Below are positions 27,495 to 40,517 of a stretch of DNA of 46,899 nucleotides, piece by piece. Within the stretch, counting starts at the first letter, position 1. Each line of letters begins with the position of its first letter. Position numbers and translations under genes: made by a program. Location of the stretch: positions 1-46,899 of the forward strand of contig JBDTZG010000045.1 of NCBI GenBank assembly GCA_040005235.1, written 5' to 3'. Source of the DNA: Acidobacteriota bacterium (GTDB lineage Bacteria; Acidobacteriota; Thermoanaerobaculia; Multivoradales; UBA5704). Under the pieces are notes generated by a model. It had not been told where the DNA came from. It saw only the letters and a program-made list of their open reading frames with translations, and made no database searches.

Positions 27495-28019
27495 GTGGGT
27501 CTATCCAAAATTGAACTTTCGGTCGTCCCGCTGGGCGACGGCCACCGCCGCGCCGAGTTCACCTGCGGAGTCGAAAGCCTCGATAACTACCTGCACACCC
27601 AGGCCGGTCAGGACATGCGACGCCACGCCAATGCGGTCTTCGTACTGGTCGCCGAGGCGGCACCCGACACAGTCATTGGCTACTACACCCTATGTGCCAC
27701 CGCACTCTTGCCGGGTGATGTTCCTGACGCCGCGAGGAAGTACATTCCGCGGTACCCCCTGGTCAGCGCCACGTTGATCGGGCGCCTTGCCGTCGCCGCC
27801 GACCGGCACGGCCAAGGGCTGGGTACAATCCTTCTGGTCAATGCTCTTCGAAGAGCGTTGGCGAGCTCGGAAACCGTGGGATCTTCAATGGTCGTGGTGG
27901 ACGCCCTGGACGAGGCCGCAGCGGCCTTCTATACCGCTCACAGTTTCGTGAAGCTCCCTGATTCGCTTCGTCTCGTTTTGCCGATGCGACTCGTAGAGCG
28001 AATAATAGCCTCGACGTAA
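27495..28019 (+). CDS. GNAT family toxin (TacT/AtaT-like tRNA acetyltransferase)
   Basis: FTCGVESLDNYL, GYYTL, LIGRLAV..HGQGLG, VVDALDE.A.AFY, directly after DUF1778. Confidence 0.9.
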   Translation: MGLSKIELSVVPLGDGHRRAEFTCGVESLDNYLHTQAGQDMRRHANAVFVLVAEAAPDTVIGYYTLCATALLPGDVPDAARKYIPRYPLVSATLIGRLAVAADRHGQGLGTILLVNALRRALASSETVGSSMVVVDALDEAAAAFYTAHSFVKLPDSLRLVLPMRLVERIIAST

Positions 28020-28131
28020 CGCCTGCTCACTGGCCGCTGGAGACGCTGGCTAGCCAAGCTATCTAGCGATCCAGCGGACACATCTAATCTCTTCTGCCGG
28101 GCCGCCGCCAGGGCACGGTGGAGAGCCCCCG

Positions 28132-28173
28132 CGAGCTCCAACTCAATAGCCCTCGACCTCGGGGTCCCACCCG
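28132..28173. repeat. 42-bp direct repeat, copy 2
   Basis: 41/42 identical to 25946-25987; carries only the GWDPEVEGY-stop tail. Confidence 0.92.
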
Positions 28174-28228
28174 CAACGTCACCGACTTCGCAGACTGCGG
28201 AATCGCGGTTGACGCCGGCTATCGGACC

Positions 28229-28413
28229 TCACGGCTGCTCGATCTCCAGATCCTTGCAGATCTTGCGCGCCAAGAATTCCTTGATCTCCCGATGTCGCGG
28301 TACGGCGGACCTTGCGTTTCGAATCGTTTACGAACACCGAGTGGCCACCGCCCTCGCGCAGGAGTCGACAGCCATTGGCTTCCAGGAGGCAGAACAAGGT
28401 CGATCCGCTTCAC
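28229..28413 (-). pseudogene. hicA: HicA toxin with two frameshifts
   Basis: Three frames join to MKRIDLV/LLEANGCRLLREGGGHSVFVNDSKRKV/AVPRHREIKEFLARKICKDLEIEQP. Confidence 0.82.
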
Positions 28414-28428
28414 GAACAGGCCGTGCCG

Positions 28429-28647
28429 CTAAGCGACGAGTCTTTCGCGGATTACGTCGGCGCCAGCCAGGTCGTCTAGCGAAAGCATGCGGTTGGCTTC
28501 CAAAGCCAACTCGACCGCTTCCCGCAGGTTCTTTCGGGCTTCTTCCAGGTTCTCACCTTGGGTATTCGCGCCGGGGAGCTCTTCCACGAAGGCGACGTAG
28601 CCGCCTTCTGGCGCCTTGAGGTAAACGGCGGTCAACTCTAGGGACAT
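28429..28647 (-). CDS. hicB: HicB family antitoxin
   Basis: EGGYVAFVEELPGANTQGENLEEARKNLREAVEL; SD GGAGG. Confidence 0.92.
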   Translation of the reverse strand: MSLELTAVYLKAPEGGYVAFVEELPGANTQGENLEEARKNLREAVELALEANRMLSLDDLAGADVIRERLVA

Positions 28648-28660
28648 GGAACCTCCCCGC

Positions 28661-28750
28661 TGGCGGAGGGGATGGGATTCGAACCCATGGGACCCTTGCA
28701 GGCCCGGCGGTTTTCAAGACCGCTGCTTTCGACCGCTCAGCCACCCCTCC
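28661..28750 (-). tRNA. tRNA-Ser (TGA)
   Basis: GGAGGGG acceptor stem, anticodon loop CT-TGA-AA, long variable arm, GGTTCGAATCC, encoded CCA. Confidence 0.96.
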
Positions 28751-28773
28751 GGTTGGGGACTGCCTGGGGAAGC

Positions 28774-32103
<3,330 letters not shown>

Positions 32104-32130
32104 TCTTCGCCCTCGGAGGACCTCCACGCG

Positions 32131-33168
32131 ATGCTCGGCAGGCTGTTCGGCAAAAAGGAAGACCCGGCGAGCCCACTCTCCCGCCAGGGGCTGCTCAAGA
32201 GCGATCTCTGGCTCGACCAGCCGGACGCATTGGCGCAGATCGCCGAGCGGGAGCGGCGGGGCGAGATCTCGGGGGCACAGGCCGAGAAGCTGCGCCATTT
32301 CGCCGAGCGCGGCTATCTAACGTTCGAGGTCGACCTGCCAGACACCGCTGCTTGGACTCTGGAGGCGGACGTCGACCGCCTCTGGCGCGAAAAGCCCTGG
32401 GACGTTGCGTTTGCCTACCAGAGCAGCCTGAAGCTCTTCCCGCTCGCCGACGAGGCGCGCGATCGGCGCCCATCGGTGCGGATCGCCGATCTGCATTCGG
32501 CGAGCGCCACCGCCGCCGCCCTGTATCTCCACGTCCAAATCCACGCCTGGGTCGATTTGATCTTCGGCCGGCCGGGGGTGGCCACTCAGTCGCTCCATTT
32601 CGAGTATGGCAGCCAGCAGGCGCTCCATCGCGATCCGATCCACGTGCATACGTCGCCGCCCAGCCATCTGCTCGCGGCGTGGATCGCGCTCGAAGACATC
32701 GGTCCGGACTGCGGTCCGCTCACCTACGTGCCGGGCTCGCACCGGCTGCCCTATTACGAGTTCGAGCCGGGCGACCATCGCTTCGATCACGGCCGCCACG
32801 GGCCGGAGCGGCTGCAGCAGGCGCTCGCCCACGATCTCGAACAGGCGGAGAAGAAAAACCTGAAGCCCGAGCCTTTCCTGTGCAAGCGGGGAGGCGTTCT
32901 GCTCTGGCACCACTCGCTGCTCCACGGCGGCTCGACGCCCGGCGATACGGCGCTCACCCGCAAGAGCTTCGTGATCCATTTCTCCACGCTGGGCAACTAC
33001 CGAAGAGCGCGCCAGACCGTGCTGGTGCCGGGGCCGGATGGCGAGCCGAAGAGCCGTTCTTTCGGTACAGATAAGATCTTGACCTCGGCAGGTACTCCGG
33101 AGACGAGCACCGCCCGCGGGTTCGACAACCCGCTCTCGGGGCAGGCGCCCAAGCAGGAGCTCGCCTGA
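32131..33168 (+). CDS. Phytanoyl-CoA dioxygenase (PhyH) family 2OG-Fe(II) oxygenase
   Basis: HRD...WIALEDI...GPLTYVPGSH...LLHGG...TRKS; SD GGAGG. Confidence 0.9.
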   Translation: MLGRLFGKKEDPASPLSRQGLLKSDLWLDQPDALAQIAERERRGEISGAQAEKLRHFAERGYLTFEVDLPDTAAWTLEADVDRLWREKPWDVAFAYQSSLKLFPLADEARDRRPSVRIADLHSASATAAALYLHVQIHAWVDLIFGRPGVATQSLHFEYGSQQALHRDPIHVHTSPPSHLLAAWIALEDIGPDCGPLTYVPGSHRLPYYEFEPGDHRFDHGRHGPERLQQALAHDLEQAEKKNLKPEPFLCKRGGVLLWHHSLLHGGSTPGDTALTRKSFVIHFSTLGNYRRARQTVLVPGPDGEPKSRSFGTDKILTSAGTPETSTARGFDNPLSGQAPKQELA

Positions 33169-33185
33169 TCCCCCTCGGCCGTGCC

Positions 33186-33944
33186 CTAGGGCGGCGCGCT
33201 TCGAGATCCGACGAATACCGCCGCGAGCCCGCCGACATCGTCGAGGTTCGCGAGCGGGATCTCCTCGAAGCGAAAGTCGGAAGCGGCAAGGAGCGACGGC
33301 GCGGGGTCGGAAAAATCGGGATGCACTCCTTCCGGCGGCAGGCAGCGGAACAGGCGGAGATGCGGAAAGTGGCAGGAGAGGGCCTCCACCCAATCCCAGA
33401 GGAATCGGGCAGTCGGGTTCCCGAGAGCCCGGTGCTTCGCGAGCGTCTGGCCGTCCAGGATCGGCGGCACCGAAGCGATCAAAAGGCCATCCCCGATCTC
33501 CGAGTCGGGCAAGTCGAAAGCCAGGTGCGCCGCCGCCGCGGAAAGAGCGCCTTCCGGATCGACGAGATGGGTCAGCACATTGCCCAATACGATTCGATCG
33601 AACGTGCCGAGCTGCGCCGGAAGGCGTTCGGCCGCCGCTTGGTGAAACGTCAGACTTGGAGAGCGAAAGCGGCGCTTCGCGTAGCGGATCGAACGCGCTT
33701 CCGGGTCGATCCCCACCGCCCGCCGGGCGCCCGCTTCGACCAGGTCAGCGGTGCCGTATCCCGTGCCGCAGCCGAGGTCCAGCACCTCGCGATCCGCGGC
33801 GAATCGGGCCGCGAACGCGTAGAAAGATCGATGCGCCTGGAACAGGTCATTCGGCACCTCGGGGGAGACGACCGGCCCGCGCGCCGGCAGGCCGGAAACC
33901 AGGCGTGCGAGGGCGTTTTTGAGTCGCTGGGAGTTGAGGCTCAC
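33186..33944 (-). CDS. Class I SAM-dependent methyltransferase
   Basis: VLDLGCGTGYG, GID, FD.IV...HL.DP. Confidence 0.88.
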   Translation of the reverse strand: MSLNSQRLKNALARLVSGLPARGPVVSPEVPNDLFQAHRSFYAFAARFAADREVLDLGCGTGYGTADLVEAGARRAVGIDPEARSIRYAKRRFRSPSLTFHQAAAERLPAQLGTFDRIVLGNVLTHLVDPEGALSAAAAHLAFDLPDSEIGDGLLIASVPPILDGQTLAKHRALGNPTARFLWDWVEALSCHFPHLRLFRCLPPEGVHPDFSDPAPSLLAASDFRFEEIPLANLDDVGGLAAVFVGSRSAPP

Positions 33945-33991
33945 AGTGAAGGACGATACCGCAGGTGGGGGCGCGAGCCCAGGGAACAGCC

Positions 33992-36247
33992 GTGAAACAG
34001 CTCTACTCCACGCTCGCCAGCCTGGTCGTCTCCTGGGCTCTCTGGCGCTTCGTCCCGCTCGCGGCGGACGATCCCCTGCGCGGCACGATCGTCCTCCTTC
34101 CCGCCCTGGTTGCCGGGTTCATCCTGCTCGAACGGGGTGCTGCGAAGCTCGGCGCGCGGCGGATTCCACCCGCAGCAGCGCTGGCCGAAGGGATCGCTCT
34201 CGCTCTGCTCGCGCTGCTCTCGATCGGCCGCGGGCATCTCGGGATCTCAGGGGCCGAGCCGGTGCTTGCGGCGGGGTTCGCGCTGGTCCTCGCCCACCGC
34301 CTGGCGCGGCAGACGCTCGCACTCCGGCCGCTCTTGGGTACCGCCGAATCGATAGGGGGGGCGGCTTCCTCCGGGGCCGGGGTTCCCGAAGTGCCCGCCT
34401 GGCCGTTCTTCGCACTGCCGCTGCTCGCCTATCTCGCGATCCTCCCCTGGACCACGCAGCAACGGCCGCCGGACGGCGATGAGCCCTACTACCTGCTGAT
34501 CACCCACAGCCTCGCCTACGACTTCGATGCCGATCTGACCGACGACTACAAGCAGGAGGAGTGGCGTCACTTCATGCAGCGGCCGATCGCGCCGCAACCG
34601 GGCGATCCGGTCGGCAAGAAAGGCGAGCTTTACTCGCGCCACAACGAGATGTTGCCGCTGCTGCTCGCTCCCAGCTATAGGATCGCGGGGCTTCCCGGTG
34701 CGCTCGCCACGATGGCTGCGATGGCCGCGGCGCTCGCCTGGATGACCCTCCGCCTCGCCCGGCGGTATCCGGGGATCGGTTCTTCGGGAGCGTTGCTGGC
34801 CTACGCACTCACGGCGTTTTCGCCGCCGCTTTTGCTCTATTCCGCCCAGGTCTGGGTGGAGGTTCCCGCGGCGCTCCTTGCGGCGATTGCGATCGACCGC
34901 ATTCGCGCGCCGTTTTCCGGAACTTGGGACTGGCGGCGCTGGCTCTCGATAGGCTTGCCGATCCTCGTGCTGCCGCTGCTCAAGATCCGGTTCATCCTGC
35001 TCGCCGGGCCGCTGTTCGTGCTCACCTGGTGGTACGGCGGTCGGCCGAAGAAGCCGTTGCTCGTGCTTGCGACTCTGCTCGGCCTGGTCGCGGCGGGGAT
35101 CGTGCTCCACAACCAGATCCTTTACGGCAACCCGCTCAAGATCCACACCTGGCACGAGGTCGAGCCGACCTCCTACGGGTTCGTCGATTACGCGAAGGGG
35201 TTTCTCGGGATCTTCTGGGACGCGGGCTTCGGGCTGCTCGGCGCGGCGCCGACCTGGCTGCTCCCCCTCCTGGCCCTCGGCGCCTTAATGCTCCGCCGTC
35301 ATCCGCTGCCGTTCGATCTCGCGGTGTTTGCCCTGCCGTATCTCGCGGTCGTCGCTCCCCGTTCCGAGTGGTACGGCGGCTGGTCCCCGCCGTTTCGCTA
35401 CGCCCTGATCATGCTGCCGTTCCTGGCGCTCGCTGTGGCCCCCTACGCCGAACGGCGCCGCCGACTGGGGGTGCGGGCCTTGATCGGAGGCTTGGGCCTG
35501 TTGACGCTCGCCCTAGCGCTGCTCTGGATCGCGGTGCCGGGGTGGACCTACAACTTCGCGGACGGCCGCACCTATCTGCTCGATCATCTCGCGTCGCGCC
35601 TTGGCCTCGATCTGGCGCGGCTCTTTCCCAGCTCGATCCGGCTGCGCCTGGCGACGTGGATCTTCCCCGCCGCGATACTGCTCGGCGGGGTGCTCCTTCT
35701 GCTCATGAGGTTTCCGGAAGCTCTAAGGCGAGGGGCGGGACGAAGGATGGCCGCCGGGCTCGCCGGGCTGCTCGGCATCGCGGCCGGGCTCGGTCTGCTC
35801 GCCGCGCTTCCCTCGGCCGCGTTCCGTCTGCCGACCCGGGTGGTCGAGTTCGAGGACGAGCAGGTGGTGAAGAAGGGCGGCCATCCCGACCCCGAACGCT
35901 GGGTGGTCGACCGCACCCGCTTCCGGGGCACCTGGGTGCTGCGCGAAGGGGAGCGGATGGAGGCGCCGGTATCACCGGGGGGGCATAGGCTTCGGCTGGT
36001 GCTCCACGGCTATTTCGTCCGCCACCACCCGGGGGACCTGATCGTCCAGGTCCAGGCGGCTGAGCTGCCGCTCGCCACACTCCGCTTCCATTCCGAGCGG
36101 ATCTGGGAGGTACGCACCCTCGGACCCTTCGATTGGCCGGCGGGGGCGCCGCTCTCGATCTCGCTGCCGCCTCCCGCGAGCCAGATTCCGCCCGGCGGAA
36201 TGGCGAACGGCATGCTATTCGACCGGGCCGAGCTGGTCTGGGAATGA
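33992..36247 (+). CDS. Polytopic membrane protein, probable GT-C glycosyltransferase
   Basis: Loop GDEPYYLLITHSL..D.DADL, later E.P, WYGGWSPPFRY, many TM helices. Confidence 0.72.
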   Translation: MKQLYSTLASLVVSWALWRFVPLAADDPLRGTIVLLPALVAGFILLERGAAKLGARRIPPAAALAEGIALALLALLSIGRGHLGISGAEPVLAAGFALVLAHRLARQTLALRPLLGTAESIGGAASSGAGVPEVPAWPFFALPLLAYLAILPWTTQQRPPDGDEPYYLLITHSLAYDFDADLTDDYKQEEWRHFMQRPIAPQPGDPVGKKGELYSRHNEMLPLLLAPSYRIAGLPGALATMAAMAAALAWMTLRLARRYPGIGSSGALLAYALTAFSPPLLLYSAQVWVEVPAALLAAIAIDRIRAPFSGTWDWRRWLSIGLPILVLPLLKIRFILLAGPLFVLTWWYGGRPKKPLLVLATLLGLVAAGIVLHNQILYGNPLKIHTWHEVEPTSYGFVDYAKGFLGIFWDAGFGLLGAAPTWLLPLLALGALMLRRHPLPFDLAVFALPYLAVVAPRSEWYGGWSPPFRYALIMLPFLALAVAPYAERRRRLGVRALIGGLGLLTLALALLWIAVPGWTYNFADGRTYLLDHLASRLGLDLARLFPSSIRLRLATWIFPAAILLGGVLLLLMRFPEALRRGAGRRMAAGLAGLLGIAAGLGLLAALPSAAFRLPTRVVEFEDEQVVKKGGHPDPERWVVDRTRFRGTWVLREGERMEAPVSPGGHRLRLVLHGYFVRHHPGDLIVQVQAAELPLATLRFHSERIWEVRTLGPFDWPAGAPLSISLPPPASQIPPGGMANGMLFDRAELVWE

Positions 36248-37149
36248 GCCCCGCCTCGCCGGCCCTCTCGCCGAATCGAAGGGTGGCGGCGGTGATCCCG
36301 ACGCTGGGCAAGAGTCCTCACCTCGAAGCCTGCCTCCGGGCCTTGAGGGCGCAGGGCGAGCCGGTCGAGATCCTCGTCGTCGATCAAGGGGAGCGGTCGG
36401 TCGATCTGGCGGCGGGCCTTGCCGATCAGATCCTCCGGCCCGGTCGGAATCTAGGCTTCACCGCGGGAACCAACCTCGGAATCGCGGCGACCGGAGCGTT
36501 GTATCTCGCGACCGTGAACGATGACGCAATCGTTCAGCCCGGGTGGCTTGCGGCGCTGCTCGAAGCGATGGAAGCCAATCCCCAGCTCGCCGCCGCGCAA
36601 GGGGCGAATCTAAGGCTCGATCAGCCGGAGATTCTCGATGGCCTGGGAATCGCCTGGAATCGACGTTGGCAGGCCGTGCAGCTCGGCGCGGGGGAGCGGG
36701 CGCCCGATCGAAGCGAGCCGCCGCGTTCGATCTGGGGCGTCTCGGCGACCGCCGCGCTCTACCGCCGAAGCGCGCTCGAAGTCGTGCAGCTCGGCCCGGA
36801 CGAGTTTTTCGACTCGAACCTCGGGTCGTATTACGAAGACGTCGATCTCGCCTCCCGGTTGGCGGCGAAGGGTTTCGGAGCGCTCGCCGTCCCCGCGGCC
36901 CAGGCGCTCCACGCAGGTTCGACGACGGGAGGAGCCGCGCGCTGGCGCCTGGTCTACGGGAATCGCCATCTGGCGCTCGCCCGCTCGTTGGGGCGCGGCT
37001 ACTGGTGGCGACTGCCGGTGCTCCTGGGGCGGGATCTCCGCGATCTGGTGCGCGCGGGAGTGGATGGCGACCCGGCTCGTGCGCTGGGCATCCTCGCGGG
37101 ATGGGGGCGGGCGGCGCGGCTGCTGCCACGGTTTGCCCGGTGGGATTGA
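36244..37149 (+). CDS. Glycosyltransferase family 2
   Basis: VIPT, ILVVDQG, NLGFTAGTNLG, VNDDA (DxD), YYEDVDL; ATGA overlap. Confidence 0.92.
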   Translation: MSPASPALSPNRRVAAVIPTLGKSPHLEACLRALRAQGEPVEILVVDQGERSVDLAAGLADQILRPGRNLGFTAGTNLGIAATGALYLATVNDDAIVQPGWLAALLEAMEANPQLAAAQGANLRLDQPEILDGLGIAWNRRWQAVQLGAGERAPDRSEPPRSIWGVSATAALYRRSALEVVQLGPDEFFDSNLGSYYEDVDLASRLAAKGFGALAVPAAQALHAGSTTGGAARWRLVYGNRHLALARSLGRGYWWRLPVLLGRDLRDLVRAGVDGDPARALGILAGWGRAARLLPRFARWD

Positions 37150-37164
37150 GCTGAGCGCAGAGTT

Positions 37165-37216
37165 CCTCCCCCCGGGGAGGGCGGCGGTTGGGTCCGGGGG
37201 GAGGTCAGGAGGGGGG
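37165..37216. repeat. C/G-run palindromic extragenic element
   Basis: CCTCCCCCCGG...CCGGGGGGAGG followed by TCAGGAGGGGGG. Confidence 0.5.
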
Positions 37217-37293
37217 CGTCGATGCGTTCGAGCCGAGCCGAAAAGACCGCTTGGGGCTGTCCAACCCGATAGTCTCTTCCTTACGGTTGACCG

Positions 37294-40200
37294 ATGTTGC
37301 CGCTCTCTCCGGTTCCGCAATCTCCTGGGCGCCCATTCGGGAAGCTCCTCGGCATCGCGTGCCTGACGGGGGTTCTACTTGTCGTCATCGGCCTCGCTGG
37401 GGTGTTTCTCCGCGCCGCCTCTCCCCCGCGTGGGGTCGAGCCTCGACTGTCGGCCGATCAGGCTTCGACTCCCTGTACGGCCGGTGACCCCCAGCTGCTG
37501 GTCCCGCGCGCGAACTGTCCCGGCTGGAGCGATCCCGCTCCCCTGGCTCCGCGGTCGGCGGAGGTGCTGGTCCGCGGAGGGTCAGAGCCTCAAGCCTCAC
37601 TCCTGGAGTCCGAAGAGCCAGTCACCGAGGAGGCGATCCGCGCGGCGCTACGCTCTCTTCACGGTAGGCGCGGGGAGGCGGCTCGGGGGGTGCGAACCTT
37701 GGTGCAGGCGGCAGCCAGATCGCCGAACAGCGCCAAGCGTCTGTCGGACGCGGCGGCGGCGCTCTTCGTTCGCGCCCAGATCGAGCAGAACCCCCTGCCG
37801 CTGCTGACCGCTTACGGATTTGCCGAGCGGGCGACCGCGGCCGATCCGACCTTTCCGCGCGCCCGATTCAATCGCGCGCTGATCGAGGAGACGCTCGGCC
37901 TTTACGCGCAAGGCAGGGCAAGCTGGACCCGGTATCTCGCTCTCGACCCGAGCTCCACCTGGGCGGGCGAAGCGCGAAGCCACTTCGCTGCGCTACGGCC
38001 GGAAGAGGGCGAGGAAGTCCTCTGGCCGGAGAGACGCAGGGCGCTCGAAACGGCGGTCGGTCAGGCCGACGCCGCGACCGTGCAGGCGATCGTCGACCGA
38101 TTCCGCCAGAAGACCCGTGAGCATCTGCTCGAGACGGTCCTCCCCGTCTGGGGACGGGCGGTTCAGGACGGGAAACCGAGCGAGGCAAAGCGGCTCCTCC
38201 GGATCGCCCAGGTTGCCGGCGCGGTCCTGGCGAAGGTTTCGGGGGACATCACCGTGGCTGATGCGGTGGCGGACATCGAAGCGTCCGGAGCCTCGGTGTC
38301 ATCCCTCGCTCGCGCGTTCGTGGCCTATGGCGAGGCCTCCCAGCGGGTTAACTCTCGCGATTTTGTCGGAGCCGAGGCAATCCTTAGACGCCCCGGCGAT
38401 CTCGCGGGCGCGAGATCAAGCGTCGCCCTCGAAACCGATTTTCTCCGTCAGCGGATCGCCTATCAGCTCGATCGCTTCGATGAGCAGCGGGCGATCGGTC
38501 GAAGTCTTCTGGCGGCGACCGAGAACGGCCGCCGACCGGCGCTCCGCGGCCGGGTCTTGTGGAGCCTCGCGACGACCGAGTTGCTTCAGGGCCATCCCGC
38601 GGAAGGGATCGCCGGCTATCGCGCTGCCGAACAGGAATTCGCGCGGAGTGGCCTGCGTCAGAATCTCGCCTCGGTCCGCGGGCTTCTCGCCGGGGCGCTT
38701 TCGGAGGTCGGCGACAACGCGGCCGCCTGGGAGTTGCGCCTCCGGTCGCTCCGAGATCTCGCGGCACTCGGCGAGCCCTCGCGGCTGCGCCTCGCGGCTA
38801 GCTCAGCAGCCTTTGCCGCAGAGGAAGCCGGGGAGCCGGCGGCAGCTCGTGCCTTCGTTGACGAGGCCCTGGCGGCGGCCCGTGTGGAGGGCAAGCCGAT
38901 GCCGATCGCCCGGGTACTCCTCCATCGAGCCGAGCTCGCCGAACGGACGGGAACGTTGGACGACGGTTTCCGCACCCTCGCGGAAGCTCGCCGCTGGGGA
39001 GCGCAAATCGCCTCCGAGAGCGATCGCCGGGGGCTCGAGCTCGATCTCTTCTTCACCGAAGGCCGGCTGCTCGAAACCCGCAACCCGCGAGCAGCGGTCG
39101 CACGTCTCTCGGAGACCCTGGATCGATTCGATATTGCCGACTATCGCGGTCTCCGCCCGTGGGCTCTCCGCAGCCGGGCGCAGGCATCGCTCGCCGCCGG
39201 GGACGATGTCGGGGCGGAGAGAGATCTGGGTGAAGCGGTCGACCTGCTCGAACGGGCTCAATCTTCGGTGCCCGACAGCACCCAGGCGATCGGCTTTCTC
39301 GATCAGGTGCGAGCGGTCTATGAACAGATGATCGCCCTCCAGATCGATTTGCGGCACCGGCCCGACCGAGCCCTCGAATTCGCCGAACGAGGCCGGGCCC
39401 GGCGGTTGCGCGAGCAGCTCCAGAGCGCTTCAAATTCTCTCCCTGCCATCGGCCTTCCGATTCATGAGAATGACGAGAGGAGCCTTCGCGCCGCCCTCGC
39501 GCCGGGTCTCGTCGCGCTGGTCTATCAGGATCTCCCGGACCGCTTGTTGATCTGGAAAATCACTCGGGAGGATGTGGACCTGATCCAGGTCCCGATCGCG
39601 CGGGCCGATTTGGAGGCGAAGGTCCAACAAGCCAAGCAGGCGTCGAAACGAAGCGCCCCGGAAGCGAAAGACCTTCTTGCTGGCCTCTACGATCTGCTCC
39701 TGCGGCCGGTCGGCTTCCCCAAAGAAGCCGACCTCGATCTCTTGATCATTCCCTCCGGGCCGCTCTGGGGAGTCCCGTTCGCTGGACTCTGGGATCGGAA
39801 GTCCGAGCGTTATCTGGTCGAGCGCGCCACGCTCCGCTTGGCGCCCAGTCTTGGCGTCTACAAGACCTTGGCGAAGAGGGGAACGTCAAACCTCCCTGAC
39901 CGAGTGCTGGTTGTTGCCGATCCAGCGTCTGATTCAGGCGTATTTGCACTTCGCAGGCTCCCAGGAACTCGTGTCGAGGCTCGCGCAATCGCAAATGCCT
40001 TCCCGAAAGCCGACCTTCTCGAAGGCGCCGCCGCTTCACCTGTCAAGGTTCTTGCCAGGCTTCCGAACGTCTCCATCCTCCACTTCGCCGTCCACGCGGT
40101 CGCCGACTCCCGCCAGCCCTTCCTCTCGTACCTGGTGCTGGCTCCATCGGAAGGAGGTGTGGATTCCGGCGCGCTTTATGCCAAAGATCTCTTCGGACCG

Positions 40201-40500
40201 CCGCTGCCCAGCTTGCGTCTTGCAGTACTATCCGCGTGCAATACCCTAGGAACACACGCATCGGCGAGCGAGGGCGTCTTGGGCCTCACCTGGCCTTTCC
40301 TCGCGCGCGGCGCTCGCAACGTTATTGCGAGCCTCTGGGAGACCGGGGACATCAACTCGGCGAAGCTCTTCACGGACTTCTATGCCGAGCTTTCGCGGGG
40401 AACAGAGCCCGCAAAGGCGTTACGCGCGGCGCAAAGCACGGCGATTCAAGCGAGGATGAAGGTCGAGGGGTGGAGTGCTTTTGCAGTCGTTGGGCCTTAA
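37294..40500 (+). CDS. TPR-repeat CHAT (caspase-like) protease with N-terminal TM segment
   Basis: TM LLGIACLTGVLLVVIGLAGVFL; ARFNRAL..W..YL.LDP.S.W TPR; CHAT motifs LYDLLLRP, LLIIPSGPLWGVPF, ILHFAVHA, VLSAC, VIASLW. Confidence 0.9.
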   Translation: MLPLSPVPQSPGRPFGKLLGIACLTGVLLVVIGLAGVFLRAASPPRGVEPRLSADQASTPCTAGDPQLLVPRANCPGWSDPAPLAPRSAEVLVRGGSEPQASLLESEEPVTEEAIRAALRSLHGRRGEAARGVRTLVQAAARSPNSAKRLSDAAAALFVRAQIEQNPLPLLTAYGFAERATAADPTFPRARFNRALIEETLGLYAQGRASWTRYLALDPSSTWAGEARSHFAALRPEEGEEVLWPERRRALETAVGQADAATVQAIVDRFRQKTREHLLETVLPVWGRAVQDGKPSEAKRLLRIAQVAGAVLAKVSGDITVADAVADIEASGASVSSLARAFVAYGEASQRVNSRDFVGAEAILRRPGDLAGARSSVALETDFLRQRIAYQLDRFDEQRAIGRSLLAATENGRRPALRGRVLWSLATTELLQGHPAEGIAGYRAAEQEFARSGLRQNLASVRGLLAGALSEVGDNAAAWELRLRSLRDLAALGEPSRLRLAASSAAFAAEEAGEPAAARAFVDEALAAARVEGKPMPIARVLLHRAELAERTGTLDDGFRTLAEARRWGAQIASESDRRGLELDLFFTEGRLLETRNPRAAVARLSETLDRFDIADYRGLRPWALRSRAQASLAAGDDVGAERDLGEAVDLLERAQSSVPDSTQAIGFLDQVRAVYEQMIALQIDLRHRPDRALEFAERGRARRLREQLQSASNSLPAIGLPIHENDERSLRAALAPGLVALVYQDLPDRLLIWKITREDVDLIQVPIARADLEAKVQQAKQASKRSAPEAKDLLAGLYDLLLRPVGFPKEADLDLLIIPSGPLWGVPFAGLWDRKSERYLVERATLRLAPSLGVYKTLAKRGTSNLPDRVLVVADPASDSGVFALRRLPGTRVEARAIANAFPKADLLEGAAASPVKVLARLPNVSILHFAVHAVADSRQPFLSYLVLAPSEGGVDSGALYAKDLFGPPLPSLRLAVLSACNTLGTHASASEGVLGLTWPFLARGARNVIASLWETGDINSAKLFTDFYAELSRGTEPAKALRAAQSTAIQARMKVEGWSAFAVVGP

Positions 40501-40517
40501 GCGACAGGAGAGGTTAC

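Noticed and set aside
21744-28660. Prophage or ICE integrated at tRNA-Ser
   Set aside because: No integrase, phage or conjugation genes, no tRNA-end duplication, and it contains housekeeping tkt.
40236-40517. N-terminal extension of the CHAT partner given by the ORF track
   Set aside because: It overlaps the CHAT coding end; a strong SD supports GTG at 40518.
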